DNA of 63,784 nucleotides, the filler included, from Octopus bimaculoides (Eukaryota), in the NCBI RefSeq assembly GCF_001194135.2. It is 9 parts of 8 records of this genome, joined end to end, with 100 filler letters (N's around TTAATTAATTAA, not from the genome) between each part and the next. Parts side by side here need not be neighbours in the genome. Positions count along the whole stretch, not along the records: positions 1 to 29,762 come from NC_068984.1; positions 29,863 to 39,103 come from NC_068987.1; positions 39,204 to 45,523 come from NC_069002.1; 6 more parts are not named here. One strand, written 5' to 3'. Positions within the stretch are counted from its first letter, which is position 1. The number at the start of each line of letters is the position of its first letter. A program made the position numbers and the translations under genes. Positions 26,861 to 39,242 of this stretch are shown piece after piece. The notes below the pieces were generated by a model. It saw only the letters and a list, made by a program, of their open reading frames with translations, was not told the DNA's origin and searched no databases.

Positions 26861-27203
26861 TAGCATAATAAACAATGGATATGCAAATGGTGAAGTGAAA
26901 TCACAGGCAGGCTGAAACGGAAAGCAGACTTTATATATGGTAGATTAATACTGAACAAATGGGGAAATAGATTAGGCTCAGCAAAAATACAACTTTGTCA
27001 AGAATTATATTCTAATATTGGAACACAATAATAAGTGCAGATGTGACTGTGTAGTAATAAGTTTGCTTGCCAACCACATGGTTCCGGCTTCAGCCCCACT
27101 GTGTGACACTTTTAGCAAGTGTCTTCTAATTATAGCCTTGGGCCAACCAAAGACTTTTGGGTGGATTTGATGGACAGAAACTGAAAGAAGCCCATCGTAT
27201 ATA

Positions 27204-27700
27204 CAGGGTATGATGGGTAAATTGTCACCATTTTATATTAATTTTGCATATGCACATTATTTGTTGTCAATTTTGTCAACTACACAGTATTATAGGGTCA
27301 GTTGGGAACCATCTGTGAGAAAAACTACCATGACACAATTCACTCTGCCAGAAATTTGGAAACGATATATATTGCTTGGCATTCACACCAGAAGCTCCAA
27401 TACGAACATATCAGAGTGTTTGGGTGTCAATCTGAGGACATGTACTGAACATGATAAAAATCAAACATCCAGTTGATATCATGGTGTTTGGAGTGAGCAC
27501 TAGTGATGGCAACATTGTGCCTCCATTCATCTTCCCACACAGTCACAGACACAACACAGAGGCCTACGTCAAGTGCCTGGAGGAGGTAGTGCTGCCCTAA
27601 GTCAAGAGGGTGGCTGATGGAAGACCCTATGTCTGGCAACAGGACTCTGCACTGTGCTTCACAAACAAGAGAACCCAGTCATGGCTGTCAGATGGGTCAG
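27204..27700 (+). mobile_element. Tc1/mariner-superfamily (maT/DD37D-like) transposon fragment
   Basis: TA|CAGGGT terminus. Peptide IMVFGVSTSDGNIVPPFIF...YVKCLEEVVLP*VKRVADGRPYVWQQDSA. Confidence 0.7.
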
Positions 27701-28345
27701 TCGGAGCTTCCTATCTTCAGTCAAGTATCAGATTATTTTAGCAGTTTCAACCGGTTACACTTGAGACTACTCCAATGTGGCTGGCCTCAAGAAAATCTAA
27801 GCTAAGAGCACTAGATTCCTTGGAAGAAAGCAAGCAAATGTATACGGAAAAACCAAGAAATGGTACACAATTACAAATACAAATAACAGGACATTAACAA
27901 CAAGTGTCTTTTGACTAAGGACGAATTAAATTAAGGTGGCGTGTATGAAAGTGAAGCCTGACAGCAGGAACATAAGAAATGAAAGTCATGGGAAGGAATA
28001 TAAGAGATGCTACACGGATGGTAGTTGAACCAAGAAAGAAAGGTCAGGCTTGGCAGAACACCGGTCACTTGGAAGGAGAGGAGAGAGGTAGGAGCAGAGG
28101 GATTGAAGAATTAGGGAAGGACAAGAAAGAGAGAAAAATTTAAAAAAAGGAAAGGGACAGAGTGAGGTAAAAGAGGAAGGAAAGTGAGAATGAAGGGAAG
28201 GCAAAAAAATGTGAAGGAAGGGGAAGGAGTAAAAGAAAAGTGGAAAGAACGAAGAAAGTGAGTAGGGAGCTAAGAGAAAGCATAAGAGAGTTATACAGAA
28301 TTTAGATATATATATGTACTTACATACAAGAAACCAAAATATATG

Positions 28346-28383
<38 letters not shown>

Positions 28384-28821
28384 NNNNNNNNNNNNNNNNN
28401 NNNNNNNNNNNNNNNNNNNNNNNNNNNNNNNNNNNNNNNNNNNNNNNNNNNNNNNNNNNNNNNNNNNNNNNNNNNNNNNNNNNNNNNNNNNNNNNNNNNN
28501 NNNNNNNNNNNNNNNNNNNNNNNNNNNNNNNNNNNNNNNNNNNNNNNNNNNNNNNNNNNNNNNNNNNNNNNNNNNNNNNNNNNNNNNNNNNNNNNNNNNN
28601 NNNNNNNNNNNNNNNNNNNNNNNNNNNNNNNNNNNNNNNNNNNNNNNNNNNNNNNNNNNNNNNNNNNNNNNNNNNNNNNNNNNNNNNNNNNNNNNNNNNN
28701 NNNNNNNNNNNNNNNNNNNNNNNNNNNNNNNNNNNNNNNNNNNNNNNNNNNNNNNNNNNNNNNNNNNNNNNNNNNNNNNNNNNNNNNNNNNNNNNNNNNN
28801 NACAAGAAACCAAAATATATG

Positions 28822-28873
<52 letters not shown>

Positions 28874-29047
28874 CTTATATATATACATATAATATAATAT
28901 ACTTATATACATATAATATACTTATATATACATATATATATACAGATATATATAAAATACACTGCTTTATTTTGAGATTGCTAATATTAACAATACTCGC
29001 AAATAAAATACAGACTGGAGTTGTAGTGCTCCAATTGAGCTATATTC

Positions 29048-29743
29048 CGTTTAATAATCCGAATGGAGGCAATGTAAGTGGAAACTAGGGGAACATGATT
29101 AATAGCCACACACAAAATCAAATATATTCTTCTACGTTAATAGAATCGATATAAAAATTCCAAATAATATAAATATAAAAATACATATAAATGGATAAAT
29201 ATCGATATAATATATAAAACGTAGTGAATTTTAAATTTACAAGTTACAATACATTGGTATAATAAAAATTTTGATACGATAAAACATTAAAAAGACATAC
29301 TAAAACACCACGAAAATATTACAAAGATTTAAAAGTTCCATCTATGGGCCGTTTCAGAGACATGCCAAGTAATATGATATATATTTCATATTTTTTAAAA
29401 CTGACACTCACCTCATCAGGATGTTTACACATAATGCAAAGAAAAAAAACAGAAATACAAATTATCCAATTACATACCAGCCACTTTTTTGTAATTATAT
29501 GTAAACATCCTGATGAGGGTCATGTCAGTTTTTAAAAATATGAAATGTATATCATAATACTTGGATATTTATCCATTTAAATGTATTTTTATATTTATAT
29601 ATTTTTATATTTGTATTATTTGGAATTTTTATATCAATTTCATTAACGTAGAAGAATATACATATATATTAGAGTTTGTGTGTGGTTATTAATTATGTTC
29701 CTCTAGTTTCCACTTACATTGCCTCCATTCGGATTATTTAACG
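29048..29743. mobile_element. Palindromic element with an internally deleted right arm
   Basis: About 29494-29743 is the reverse complement of 29048-29432 but lacks about 29205-29368. Both arms contain CCTGATGAG. Confidence 0.7.
29339..29423 (-). ncRNA. Degenerate hammerhead-like motif with long stem II
   Basis: Minus strand reads CATC CTGATGA GGTGAGTGTCAG...TTGGCATGTCTCT GAAA CGGCCCA TA GATG. Stem I is 4 bp and stem III is close to the palindrome CGGCCG. Confidence 0.4.
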
Positions 29744-29862
29744 ATATATATATATATATATANNNNNNNNNNNNNNNNNNNNNNNNNNNNNNNNNNNNNN
29801 NNNNNNTTAATTAATTAANNNNNNNNNNNNNNNNNNNNNNNNNNNNNNNNNNNNNNNNNNNN

Positions 29863-30140
29863 CCAGTGCCGCTGGACTGGCTCTTGTGCGGGTGGCACAT
29901 AAAAGACACCATTTTGAGCATGGCCGTTGCCAGTACCGCCTGACTGGCCCTCGTGCAGGTGACACGTAAAAGCACCCACTACACTCTCGGAGTGGTTGGC
30001 GTTAGGAAGGGCATCCAGCTGTAGAAACTCTGCCAAATTAGATTGGAGCCTGGTGTAGCAATCTGGTTTCACCAGTCCTCAGTCAAATCGTCCAACCCAT
30101 GCTAGCATGGAAAGCGGACGTTAAACAATGATGATGATGA
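29863..30140 (+). mobile_element. Young SINE / RTE tail copy
   Basis: High identity to 60-329. Confidence 0.85.
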
Positions 30141-31597
30141 TCATGAAGACAGAAAAAAAAGAAAAATTCCAACCAGGAATCACATAAAAGCAGAAACAGA
30201 AAAACAAACAAGACAGTCCTACCAGAAACCAATGCCAATGCACAAATAGACAATCAACAACATGCTTACACTACTATTACTACCATTCATTGATGTTTAC
30301 AATTCATTCACTTCTCCTCGTGACTCCTCATGAGAGTCCTCAGGCCACCAAAAGTAATATTGATACGAGTATGACTTATTATTAAACCAGCACATGATCT
30401 AGCAGAGAAATCACAATGTGGACAATGGTGATTTGTAGGAAGACGGTCATTCTGTTGGGTTATTTTTCTATTTTCCTGTAACTGACACTGATATATCAGT
30501 TACCCTTTGAGTTTTGACATTCTGAAGCTGGAAAAAGCACTCTCTCCTCTAGTCTGCATGGTTTCTCACAAGATTCTCAAAGTTTTTATGCATGGGCAAC
30601 TGCTGGTCTTCCACAAACAACCTTGCTCGGACTTGTGCCTGGGAGGGTAACTTTCTAGGTGCAATCCCATGGTCAGTCATGACCGAAGGGGGTCTCAAAC
30701 TTATGAGTATCCAAGTCTTGACATCATGTAATGGCTGTAAACAGGCATCACCATCATACAAGCGATGTTGTTCATTTCCAGTCTTACTTGAAAAGTATGC
30801 CTGGCCATGGGGAAAATATTTACCTTACCTGGAAGTAGGTGAGGAATGGTGAGAGGAAGAGCATCTGGTTGTAGAAAATCTGCCTCAACAAATTCTGTTT
30901 GACTCATTGAAATACAGGAAAATAGACATTAAATGTTGCTGATAATGTGGGTGACTGCAGTGAAAAACAGTTAAAATGCATAGAGTTACTGTAAAAATAT
31001 ACCAGTAGGTTGGAGAACAATAGTTGGAAGAGGGCACTGCTTGTCTCCAAACATAGATCACAGAGCTTTGGATAAGAGCCATGAGCACTGCCTCTCCTGT
31101 TCTGGTTAAGCAGTAAAAGAAATCGCATTAGTTAATATTCTCTTAAACACATGGTGTTCCCTATGAGACAGTTAATACAAGGGAGACAATCATTTCTTCA
31201 TAATATTTGGTGGGATTAGAAATTTGAACTGACAAGACAATTAAGGAAGTATACGGAAGAAGATGAAGAGAATGTACGTATTTAATTTTTTTTTGTTGCC
31301 CACTTATTACAAAGTTTTTTTTCCTTAGTATCCCTATGCCAGAATATATATAGACAAAATTTGCCTCAATAGACCAATGAGAAGCTGAGGGGTAAGGCAT
31401 GAGGAGAATATTAAAACATTGAGTCTGCTTTACAGAGAAGGTGGAGCAGGATAGAGAGGTACAACTGGGATGTTGGTGTTGTGTTTAACCCATGTGGACA
31501 CTGACCAAAGGGACCTACGACCAAAAAGCATTTAAGCCATGTACACCCTACCTTTTTATGGCTACATAAGAACTACAGTTATCCAGTATTTTCTTTA

Positions 31598-31600
<3 letters not shown>

Positions 31601-31642
<42 letters not shown>

Positions 31643-32520
31643 AATGATGATGACATTGTTCCAGTAGTGTCAGCGAATTTAAAAGAAAAGGTTAAAATTG
31701 AAAATAAATCATCTTTCTTGGGAAAAAAAGGTTAGATAGATCGAGATAAACAGACTGAGGGATAGACAGACTAACAGACAGACAGAGAAATAGAGAGAAG
31801 TAAAGACAAATAAATAACAAGAGGCAGACAGCTAAGTGGAGGGATAGACAGTCAGATATTTAGACAGTCAGGCTGTTAGACAGACAGGCAGACAGACAGA
31901 CAGACAGACAGATAGATTATGCATAGATACAGATTAGACAGATAAATATTGAAATAGGCTGAGATAAAAATACACTACTAGATGCATTCAGAGAAAGAGA
32001 GAGAGAGAGGGAGGNNNNNNNNNNNNNNNNNNNNNNNNNNNNNNNNNNNNNNNNNNNNNNNNNNNNNNNNNNNNNNNNNNNNNNNNNNNNNNNNNNNNNN
32101 NNNNNNNNNNNNNNNNNNNNNNNNNNNNNNNNNNNNNNNNNNNNNNNNNNNNNNNNNNNNNNNNNNNNNNNNNNNNNNNNNNNNNNNNNNNNNNNNNNNN
32201 NNNNNNNNNNNNNNNNNNNNNNNNNNNNNNNNNNNNNNNNNNNNNNNNNNNNNNNNNNNNNNNNNNNNNNNNNNNNNNNNTGAAGATAGACAGATAAATA
32301 GGTAGATAGACAGCTAGCAGATAGATAGACAGACAAACAGATAGGCAGATAGACATACAGATAGATAGATAGATAGATAGATAGACAGATAGATAGACAG
32401 ACAAATGGAAAGACAGAGACAGTTAGTTGAAGATAGAAAGATAGAGAGGGAGAGATAGAAAGACAGGTAGACAATAGATATATGGAAAGAGATAGACAAT
32501 GAGAAAAACTGTCAGGTAGC
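31601..32520. repeat. Microsatellite block: (GAT)n followed by (AGAT/AGAC)n and GA-rich sequence
   Basis: Directly visible; contains an N-gap. Confidence 0.9.
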
Positions 32521-32629
32521 GACATAAGAAAGAAAGAAAGGAAGAATGAGAAAAAGAGAGAGATGATAAGAGATAGATTGGAATAGTAAGTGGTTAATAT
32601 CATTGTGCGCTTTACAATGATACACATCA

Positions 32630-32860
32630 TTAGAGAAAGGTGAACGTACGATGGCAAACACACCTAAACAGTGTCATAAACAGCTCTACGACCACCCAGA
32701 AATAAATCACCCTGAAACACACATACACACACACACACCACACACGTTCAATAATAGTAGTTGCCAATAATGTATGGAAGACAAAAAAAGATATTATAAT
32801 ATGTTATAAACAAGTTACTCACATGGTTAATTTGGTCTCAGAAAATTCGGCGAGGGTCAT
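32630..32860 (-). CDS. Hypothetical two-exon small ORF (39 aa: MTLAEFSETKLT-M-VIYFWVVVELFMTLFRCVCHRTFTFL*)
   Basis: ATG at 32860, gtgagt donor at 32822, gtgtttcag acceptor at 32712, phase-consistent join. No homology recognised. Confidence 0.2.
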
Positions 32861-33164
32861 TGTTCCTTTCTTTCTCTCGGTTTATTATTATTATTATTTT
32901 TTTTTTTTGTATTTCGTTCCCTTCTTTTACGATTATTATAATTATTATTTTTAGTAATTATTTTTTATGCTTGTTTTTTAAAAAATTTTTTTCCTCTGTT
33001 AAGAATTCAAGTATTTTCCAGAACATTTAATTTTTTCTTTTTTTTTAAAAAAAAGAAAGAAACAAAAAGATATTAATAATAAATTTTACCAACGCAACAC
33101 GATTCCTTAAAATTAGTCGAATATGAATTTCTTGGTCTCCATCTGTCTTTTTTTCTAATTAATA

Positions 33165-33203
<39 letters not shown>

Positions 33204-34090
33204 TAGTGTGTATATATTATTGTATAGACATGCACCAAGAATACATGAACATGTTAAGTATCAACGTGTGAGATTTGTTATATGTATGTATGTATATGTG
33301 AATACGTGTGTGTATTGTTTTAAACGTTCTTTAAAATCTCCATTCAGTTCCAATTCCAGTCCGCCTCCAAATAAAAACAATAATAATAATGATAAATGCA
33401 AATACTAAATTCTAAGTTTAGAAACTGTTAAATCGATTGATCGATTATTTGTGTGTTTGAGTGATTGATTAGAAATGGTAAACGTGGCAGACCGTGTGCA
33501 TGTATGTCCAAGAAATATAGAGCCCAAAGCCAGCAGGTGTGTATATATATACTTCCAATGAAAAAACCGCTCGTATGTAATTCTAAAAATATAAATGAAA
33601 GAGAAAAATAATTAAACAAATAAATAAAATAGACGGATAAGATATACACACATATTTCTAGAAATATATGCATATATTTATACACGCATACATATATATA
33701 TTTATAATACATATATTTAAGTACATACAAATATATATTTGTATATACATACATGTACATATTTATATATATGTACATATATTTATATACATATATGATT
33801 TATACATATATAATTAAATCAGTCATTTTGTTAATTAAGAAAGTGAATTAACATAGTGGTTAATAAAACAACACATATTATTATTTATTTAATGAAATCT
33901 ATCAAAAACATTGCTAAATCAATAGATATTTGACTTATTACTGAGGTTATTAACAGACGGCATACAACACAAACATGAGTTATGTTCAGGAGACAAATTG
34001 AGGCTGTATAGCAGTCATTTTCTTTTATTTTAATAAACTTTTATTATATTATATTTTAACTTACACAAAATCAATCATATCTAACATATA

Positions 34091-34202
34091 CAGGGTGTCC
34101 ACAAAGTCTGGGTACATGGGGATTAACACATACTTTAAGAAATTATTATTTCTTATATTTAATTGTTTGTTATGATTTTACCCAGACTTTGTGGACACCC
34201 TG
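34091..34202. mobile_element. Tc1/mariner-type MITE (112 bp)
   Basis: TIRs CAGGGTGTCCACAAAGTCTGGGTA and its reverse complement, with TA on both sides. Confidence 0.85.
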
Positions 34203-34216
34203 TATATAATCCTTTT

Positions 34217-34365
34217 GGTAATTTTTCAGATTAACACCCGCACGATTACCTAACCTTAACCCTAATCCCAACCCTAACCCTAAACTCTAACCCTAACCCT
34301 GACCCTAAAACCCTAACCCTAACACCCTAGTGAAAATCGTGCGGATGTTAATCTGAAAAATTACC
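34217..34365. mobile_element. Merlin-like MITE with internal telomere-like (CCCTAA)n
   Basis: About 30-bp TIRs starting GGTAA and ending TTACC; 8-bp flanking duplication ATCCTTTT/ATCCTTTC; about 10 degenerate CCCTAA units inside. Confidence 0.7.
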
Positions 34366-36028
34366 ATCCTTTCTACAATAGGCACAAGGCCTGACATTTA
34401 GAGGAGGGGGACAGTCGATTTCATCGACCCCAGTGTTTCACTGGTACTTAAATTATCAATCCCGAAAGGATGAAAGGCAAAGTCGACCTCGGAGGAATTT
34501 GAATTCAGAACGTTGCGGCAGACGAAATACCGCCAAGCATTTCGCCCAGCAAAACATATCATTTCACGTTGGCAAAAATGAGCAACTCTGCGACGGACCG
34601 GTGGTTCGTCAGGAGTTGGGGCAGGATATATACGCCACAGAATCCAGAGCTTATGGGCCTATAGCTCAGGAAGAACTTTTAATAGATATGTGTCTATCTA
34701 TGTCTATATACAAACGGAAAGCTTCCATAAAGTTTCCTTCGACCAAATTCACTCTCAATGTATTGGTAGGCTCAGAACTAGGGTGGAATACACTTGTCCA
34801 AGCTGAACCACGTGGATGCGAAGCCTATTTCAAGACAACCGAAATACAAGATGTTATTTATTTTCCACAAATGCAACGATAACGAAAAATGTTGTTTATT
34901 TGAATAACAAATAACAACATTACGTTTATTGTATTATAATGCTCGGGTGCTCTGTAAATCATCGGAAAATGATAAAAAGGGATAGAGAAAGTAGTTATAA
35001 GTCAAGTGAAGACAGCTGTAACAGTCAAAATATATACAGAATAAAATACTAATAGACAGAAAATGAACAGTAAAGGAATCTCAAAGAAAAAGGATTGCAC
35101 AGACGCGTCAGGAGAAGTCTTGGTGAATTCCAAGAAGCATGAACTTTTTAAAGAATGCAGCATCCTGACAACTAAGAACTGACTTGGGTGGTTTATTCCA
35201 TGGTTAGGCAATTCTTAGCGTGGAAGAAAATCGTTACCGAAAGTTAATGCTGCTACGTTTTTTTTTTTTTTTTTTAATCTTTTAAGCTTGTTCATGGCTA
35301 GTAGATATATTGAATTCTTAAAGGTGGCCGAAGTTGTACCTGGAAAGACAGTAGATAATCTTTTGGGCTTCTACTAAGCCAGCTGCTAAATATAATCGAA
35401 ATTCTAGGCCAATGGTTCTCAACTATTTTTGTTTATCTATGAACCCCTTTCATTTCTACTTTATTCTGGAGCACACCCCATAGCCAGTCGATGTTTAAAA
35501 ACTAGTTTTGTAGACACTTTTTTCAAAATTCCTATTTTGATGTCCACGCGTTCACTTGTATAGATTTGCAACAGAACTCTCTGAGAGAAAGAAACCTAGC
35601 TGTTTGTTTCAATAAATATTTAATTNNNNNNNNNNNNNNNNNNNNNNNNNNNNNNNNNNNNNNNNNNNNNNNNNNNNNNNNNNNNNNNNNNNNNNNNNNN
35701 NNNNNNNNNNNNNNNNNNNNNNNNNNNNNNNNNNNNNNNNNNNNNNNNNNNNNNNNNNNNNNNNNNNNNNNNNNNNNNNNNNNNNNNNNNNNNNNNNNNN
35801 NNNNNNNNNNNNNNNNNNNNNNNNNNNNNNNNNNNNNNNNNNNNNNNNNNNNNNNNNNNNNNNNNNNNNNNNNNNNNNNNNNNNNNNNNNNNNNNNNNNN
35901 NNNNNNNNNNNNNNNNNNNNNNNNNNNNNNNTGGGAATCGAAACCGCGAGTCCGCTGCCCTAACCACTGGAGCCATTGCACCTCCACTTTCAATAAATAT
36001 ATCGTAATCAAAATTTTTCAATGACCCT

Positions 36029-36451
36029 TGTAGTGGCGTGAAATTATAGCCGCCATTGAGAAAGTACTATTCTGCGCATGCGCAAGGGACTTCACCATCG
36101 GAAGCCCCTCGAGTTGCGCATGCGTAGTAAAACTCGTACTTAATCAGTGGTTTCACATTGTTAGGCGAGTTGAACCTGAGACCTTCTACGTGACATCACC
36201 TCGCTCCTCCACGAAGCACTTTTACACTGTTCTCTGGCAGGCATCAAGGAAGCCCGTAACCTTCCATTACCAAACTATAACCGAATCAGCTGCTGCTAAG
36301 CTGAATGACAGGAATTGTGAAACCAAGCATCATCATGAATAAAACCCTTTTATTATGTTGTTAATTTTTCTAATGTCTCTTCATATATTAATGCTGTTGA
36401 AAGGTGATAGAGAGAGATTCAAGTCTCTATAACAACTATTCACTATTGACA
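36029..36451 (+). mobile_element. 5' LTR of a Ty3/Gypsy element
   Basis: TG...CA termini and internal AATAAA near 36338. Immediately followed by PBS TGGTGACCCC (36453), complementary to the tRNA-Trp 3' end. Confidence 0.6.
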
Positions 36452-36860
36452 CTGGTGACCCCAAGTACGAACACGAAAATTTTCTCTCACAGAACTCGTC
36501 AACTGGAAAGAGACAAAGAATGAAACAATAACAAGCATTTGCTACAAAGCCACATGGTGTCAATTCAATTAGACAACTGTATATGACGACAGACACACAC
36601 GCATTTATTTTCTCTATCCTGTCCTGCTTATAACTCTCTTGCGAAAAAAAAAAAAAAAACCAAAAGCAAACACCATTGTTTTTTTTGATTTACGAAATTT
36701 TTTTTTCTCTCTCCCTTGTGCAACTGTTGTTTCAACACACATAACAAGAACAACAACAAAATTATTGTTTCTTATCATCGGCTTTGTTTTGTATCGAGAA
36801 AATTTTATTCCTGGTTCCCTTTTTTTCCTTTCACTTTGACGGAATCATTTTCAAACAAAT

Positions 36861-38047
36861 ATGTCTTCCCATATGTTGCCACAATTCACTGGTGATGCCA
36901 TCTTATGGTTAGCGCAACTAGAGGCTCACTTTGATGCCTACGGAATTTCTCCGACAAATCAACTGAAATTCCTCTATTGTAGTTTGCTTACAACACTTGC
37001 GACATCTGCCAGGGATCTAATTACATCCCCGAACCCAGACGCCACTTCACGTAAATCCTCCACCTTTGATGTTCTTGCCGACAAAATTGATGAACTTACG
37101 CGTCGGGTGAATGATCTGTGCCGTACCAAGCGTTCTTTTTCACGCTCTCGTGACAGATCTAGAGGAAATTCACCTTCCAGAACACAACCAGGTATGTGCT
37201 ATTATCATGCGAAATTCGCTGATAAGGCACACAAGTGCATTCAACCGTGCTCTTATAAAGGATCGGAAAACTTCAAAAGAGGGAATTGAGCACGTCTATT
37301 TCTTCCTCTGCACCTACCTTTAATCGTGCAATATTTGTCCGGGACCAGGTGTCGAAGAAGTACTTCATGGTTGACACCGGGTCTTGTTGTAGTATTTGGC
37401 TTCTTCGCTTCAGTACTGACAAACCTAAGCGTTCTTCCAGTAACATACTGTCCATATAATCTTAAGGCACAGTAAGTACTTCGATAGCTGAATCATCGAG
37501 CTGCTTTATATCCATGATAAGACGTAAAACAATAACAATAGCGTGGATAGTCTGCGGAAGTTTAATTGTCTANNNNNNNNNNGTAAAACAATAACAATAG
37601 CGTGGATAGTCTGCGGAAGTTTAATTGTCTACATGGAGCGCCGCCTAGCCAAGGGAGATAACCTACTTATAGGAAAGCCCTATAGTGTTGCACGCCGTTG
37701 ATTACTCCCCGATAGATACGTTTGGTCAGCTTTCTCTACGGCTCGATATTGGTCTTCGTAGAGATTTTCAATGGATTTTTGTCATAGCTGACATTCCACA
37801 TCCTATTTTGGGTGCGGACTTTTAAAATCATTTTAACTTGTTGGTAGATGTTCGGCATCGGAGGCATGTCGACGATTCGACATCTCTTTCTACGCCGGCA
37901 AAGGGCTCTACCAACTCCCCTCTCAGCCCAGAATTTTTTATTGCCACTGCTGGGGATGTTTTTCATTCTCTTCTAGTTTCCTTTCCGAAGCTGGTGGACA
38001 TCACTTTCAAGCCGGCGAAGCCCGCTCATTCCACCCTCCATTATATC
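36861..38047 (+). mobile_element. Ty3/Gypsy gag and protease/pol fragment (degenerate)
   Basis: Gag LPQFTGDAILWLAQLEAHF...CYYHAKFADKAHKCIQPC, protease YFMVDTGS, then PILGADF*NHFNLLVDVRHRR. Truncated by an N-gap. Confidence 0.85.
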
Positions 38048-39062
38048 NNNNNNNNNNNNNNNNNNNNNNNNNNNNNNNNNNNNNNNNNNNNNNNNNNNNN
38101 NNNNNNNNNNNNNNNNNNNNNNNNNNNNNNNNNNNNNNNNNNNNNNNNNNNNNNNNNNNNNNNNNNNNNNNNNNNNNNNNNNNNNNNNNNNNNNNNNNNN
38201 NNNNNNNNNNNNNNNNNNNNNNNNNNNNNNNNNNNNNNNNNNNNNNNNNNNNNNNNNNNNNNNNNNNNNNNNNNNNNNNNNNNNNNNNNNNNNNNNNNNN
38301 NNNNNNNNNNNNNNNNNNNNNNNNNNNNNNNNNNNNNNNNNNNNNNNNNNNNNNNNNNNNNNNNNNNNNNNNNNNNNNNNNNNNNNNNNNNNNNNNNNNN
38401 NNNNNNNNNNNNNNNNNNNNNNNNNNNNNNNNNNNNNNNNNNNNNNNNNNNNNNNNNNNNNNNNNNNNNNNNNNNNNNNNNNNNNNNNNNNNNNNNNNNN
38501 NNNNNNNNNNNNNNNNNNNNNNNNNNNNNNNNNNNNNNNNNNNNNNNNNNNNNNNNNNNNNNNNNNNNNNNNNNNNNNNNNNNNNNNNNNNNNNNNNNNN
38601 NNNNNNNNNNNNNNNNNNNNNNNNNNNNNNNNNNNNNNNNNNNNNNNNNNNNNNNNNNNNNNNNNNNNNNNNNNNNNNNNNNNNNNNNNNNNNNNNNNNN
38701 NNNNNNNNNNNNNNNNNNNNNNNNNNNNNNNNNNNNNNNNNNNNNNNNNNGAAACGACAGACATTACGACTTTAAAGTAATTTGTAGGGAAAATCTTGAG
38801 GTGGAGAGAGGACTTTCGGAAAATTCCCAGGATCCGAATTTTACCTCGTTATATTCCGAAATCACATTCAACTTTCTACAGATACCCTAACGTAGTACTA
38901 CTACACTACATAGTGTTTATTTCTACCCTCTTTCAATAATTTTTAATGTTTTGGCTTCAATTTTATTTCATTTTCAATTATTTTTACGCTTTTTTTAACC
39001 CTTCGTCGTTATTCTCATTCACTCATTATTACTCTCTCTTTCTCTCTCTCTATCTATCTATG

Positions 39063-39103
<41 letters not shown>

Positions 39104-39203
39104 NNNNNNNNNNNNNNNNNNNNNNNNNNNNNNNNNNNNNNNNNNNNTTAATTAATTAANNNNNNNNNNNNNNNNNNNNNNNNNNNNNNNNNNNNNNNNN
39201 NNN

Positions 39204-39242
<39 letters not shown>

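Noticed and set aside
29807-29818. TTAATTAATTAA islands centred in N-runs (also near 39148, 45568, 50526, 55979, 58411, 60115, 61853)
   Set aside because: An identical 12-mer with stops in all six frames embedded in gaps is an assembly/scaffolding spacer, not biology.
35932-35980. tRNA-like sequence (A/B-box) on the minus strand
   Set aside because: Truncated and lacks an anticodon arm; it is a tRNA-derived SINE head, not a tRNA gene.
37524-37632. About 50-bp direct repeat on either side of a 10-N gap (similar at 28322-28383 and 28802-28860)
   Set aside because: Contig-end overlap artefact.
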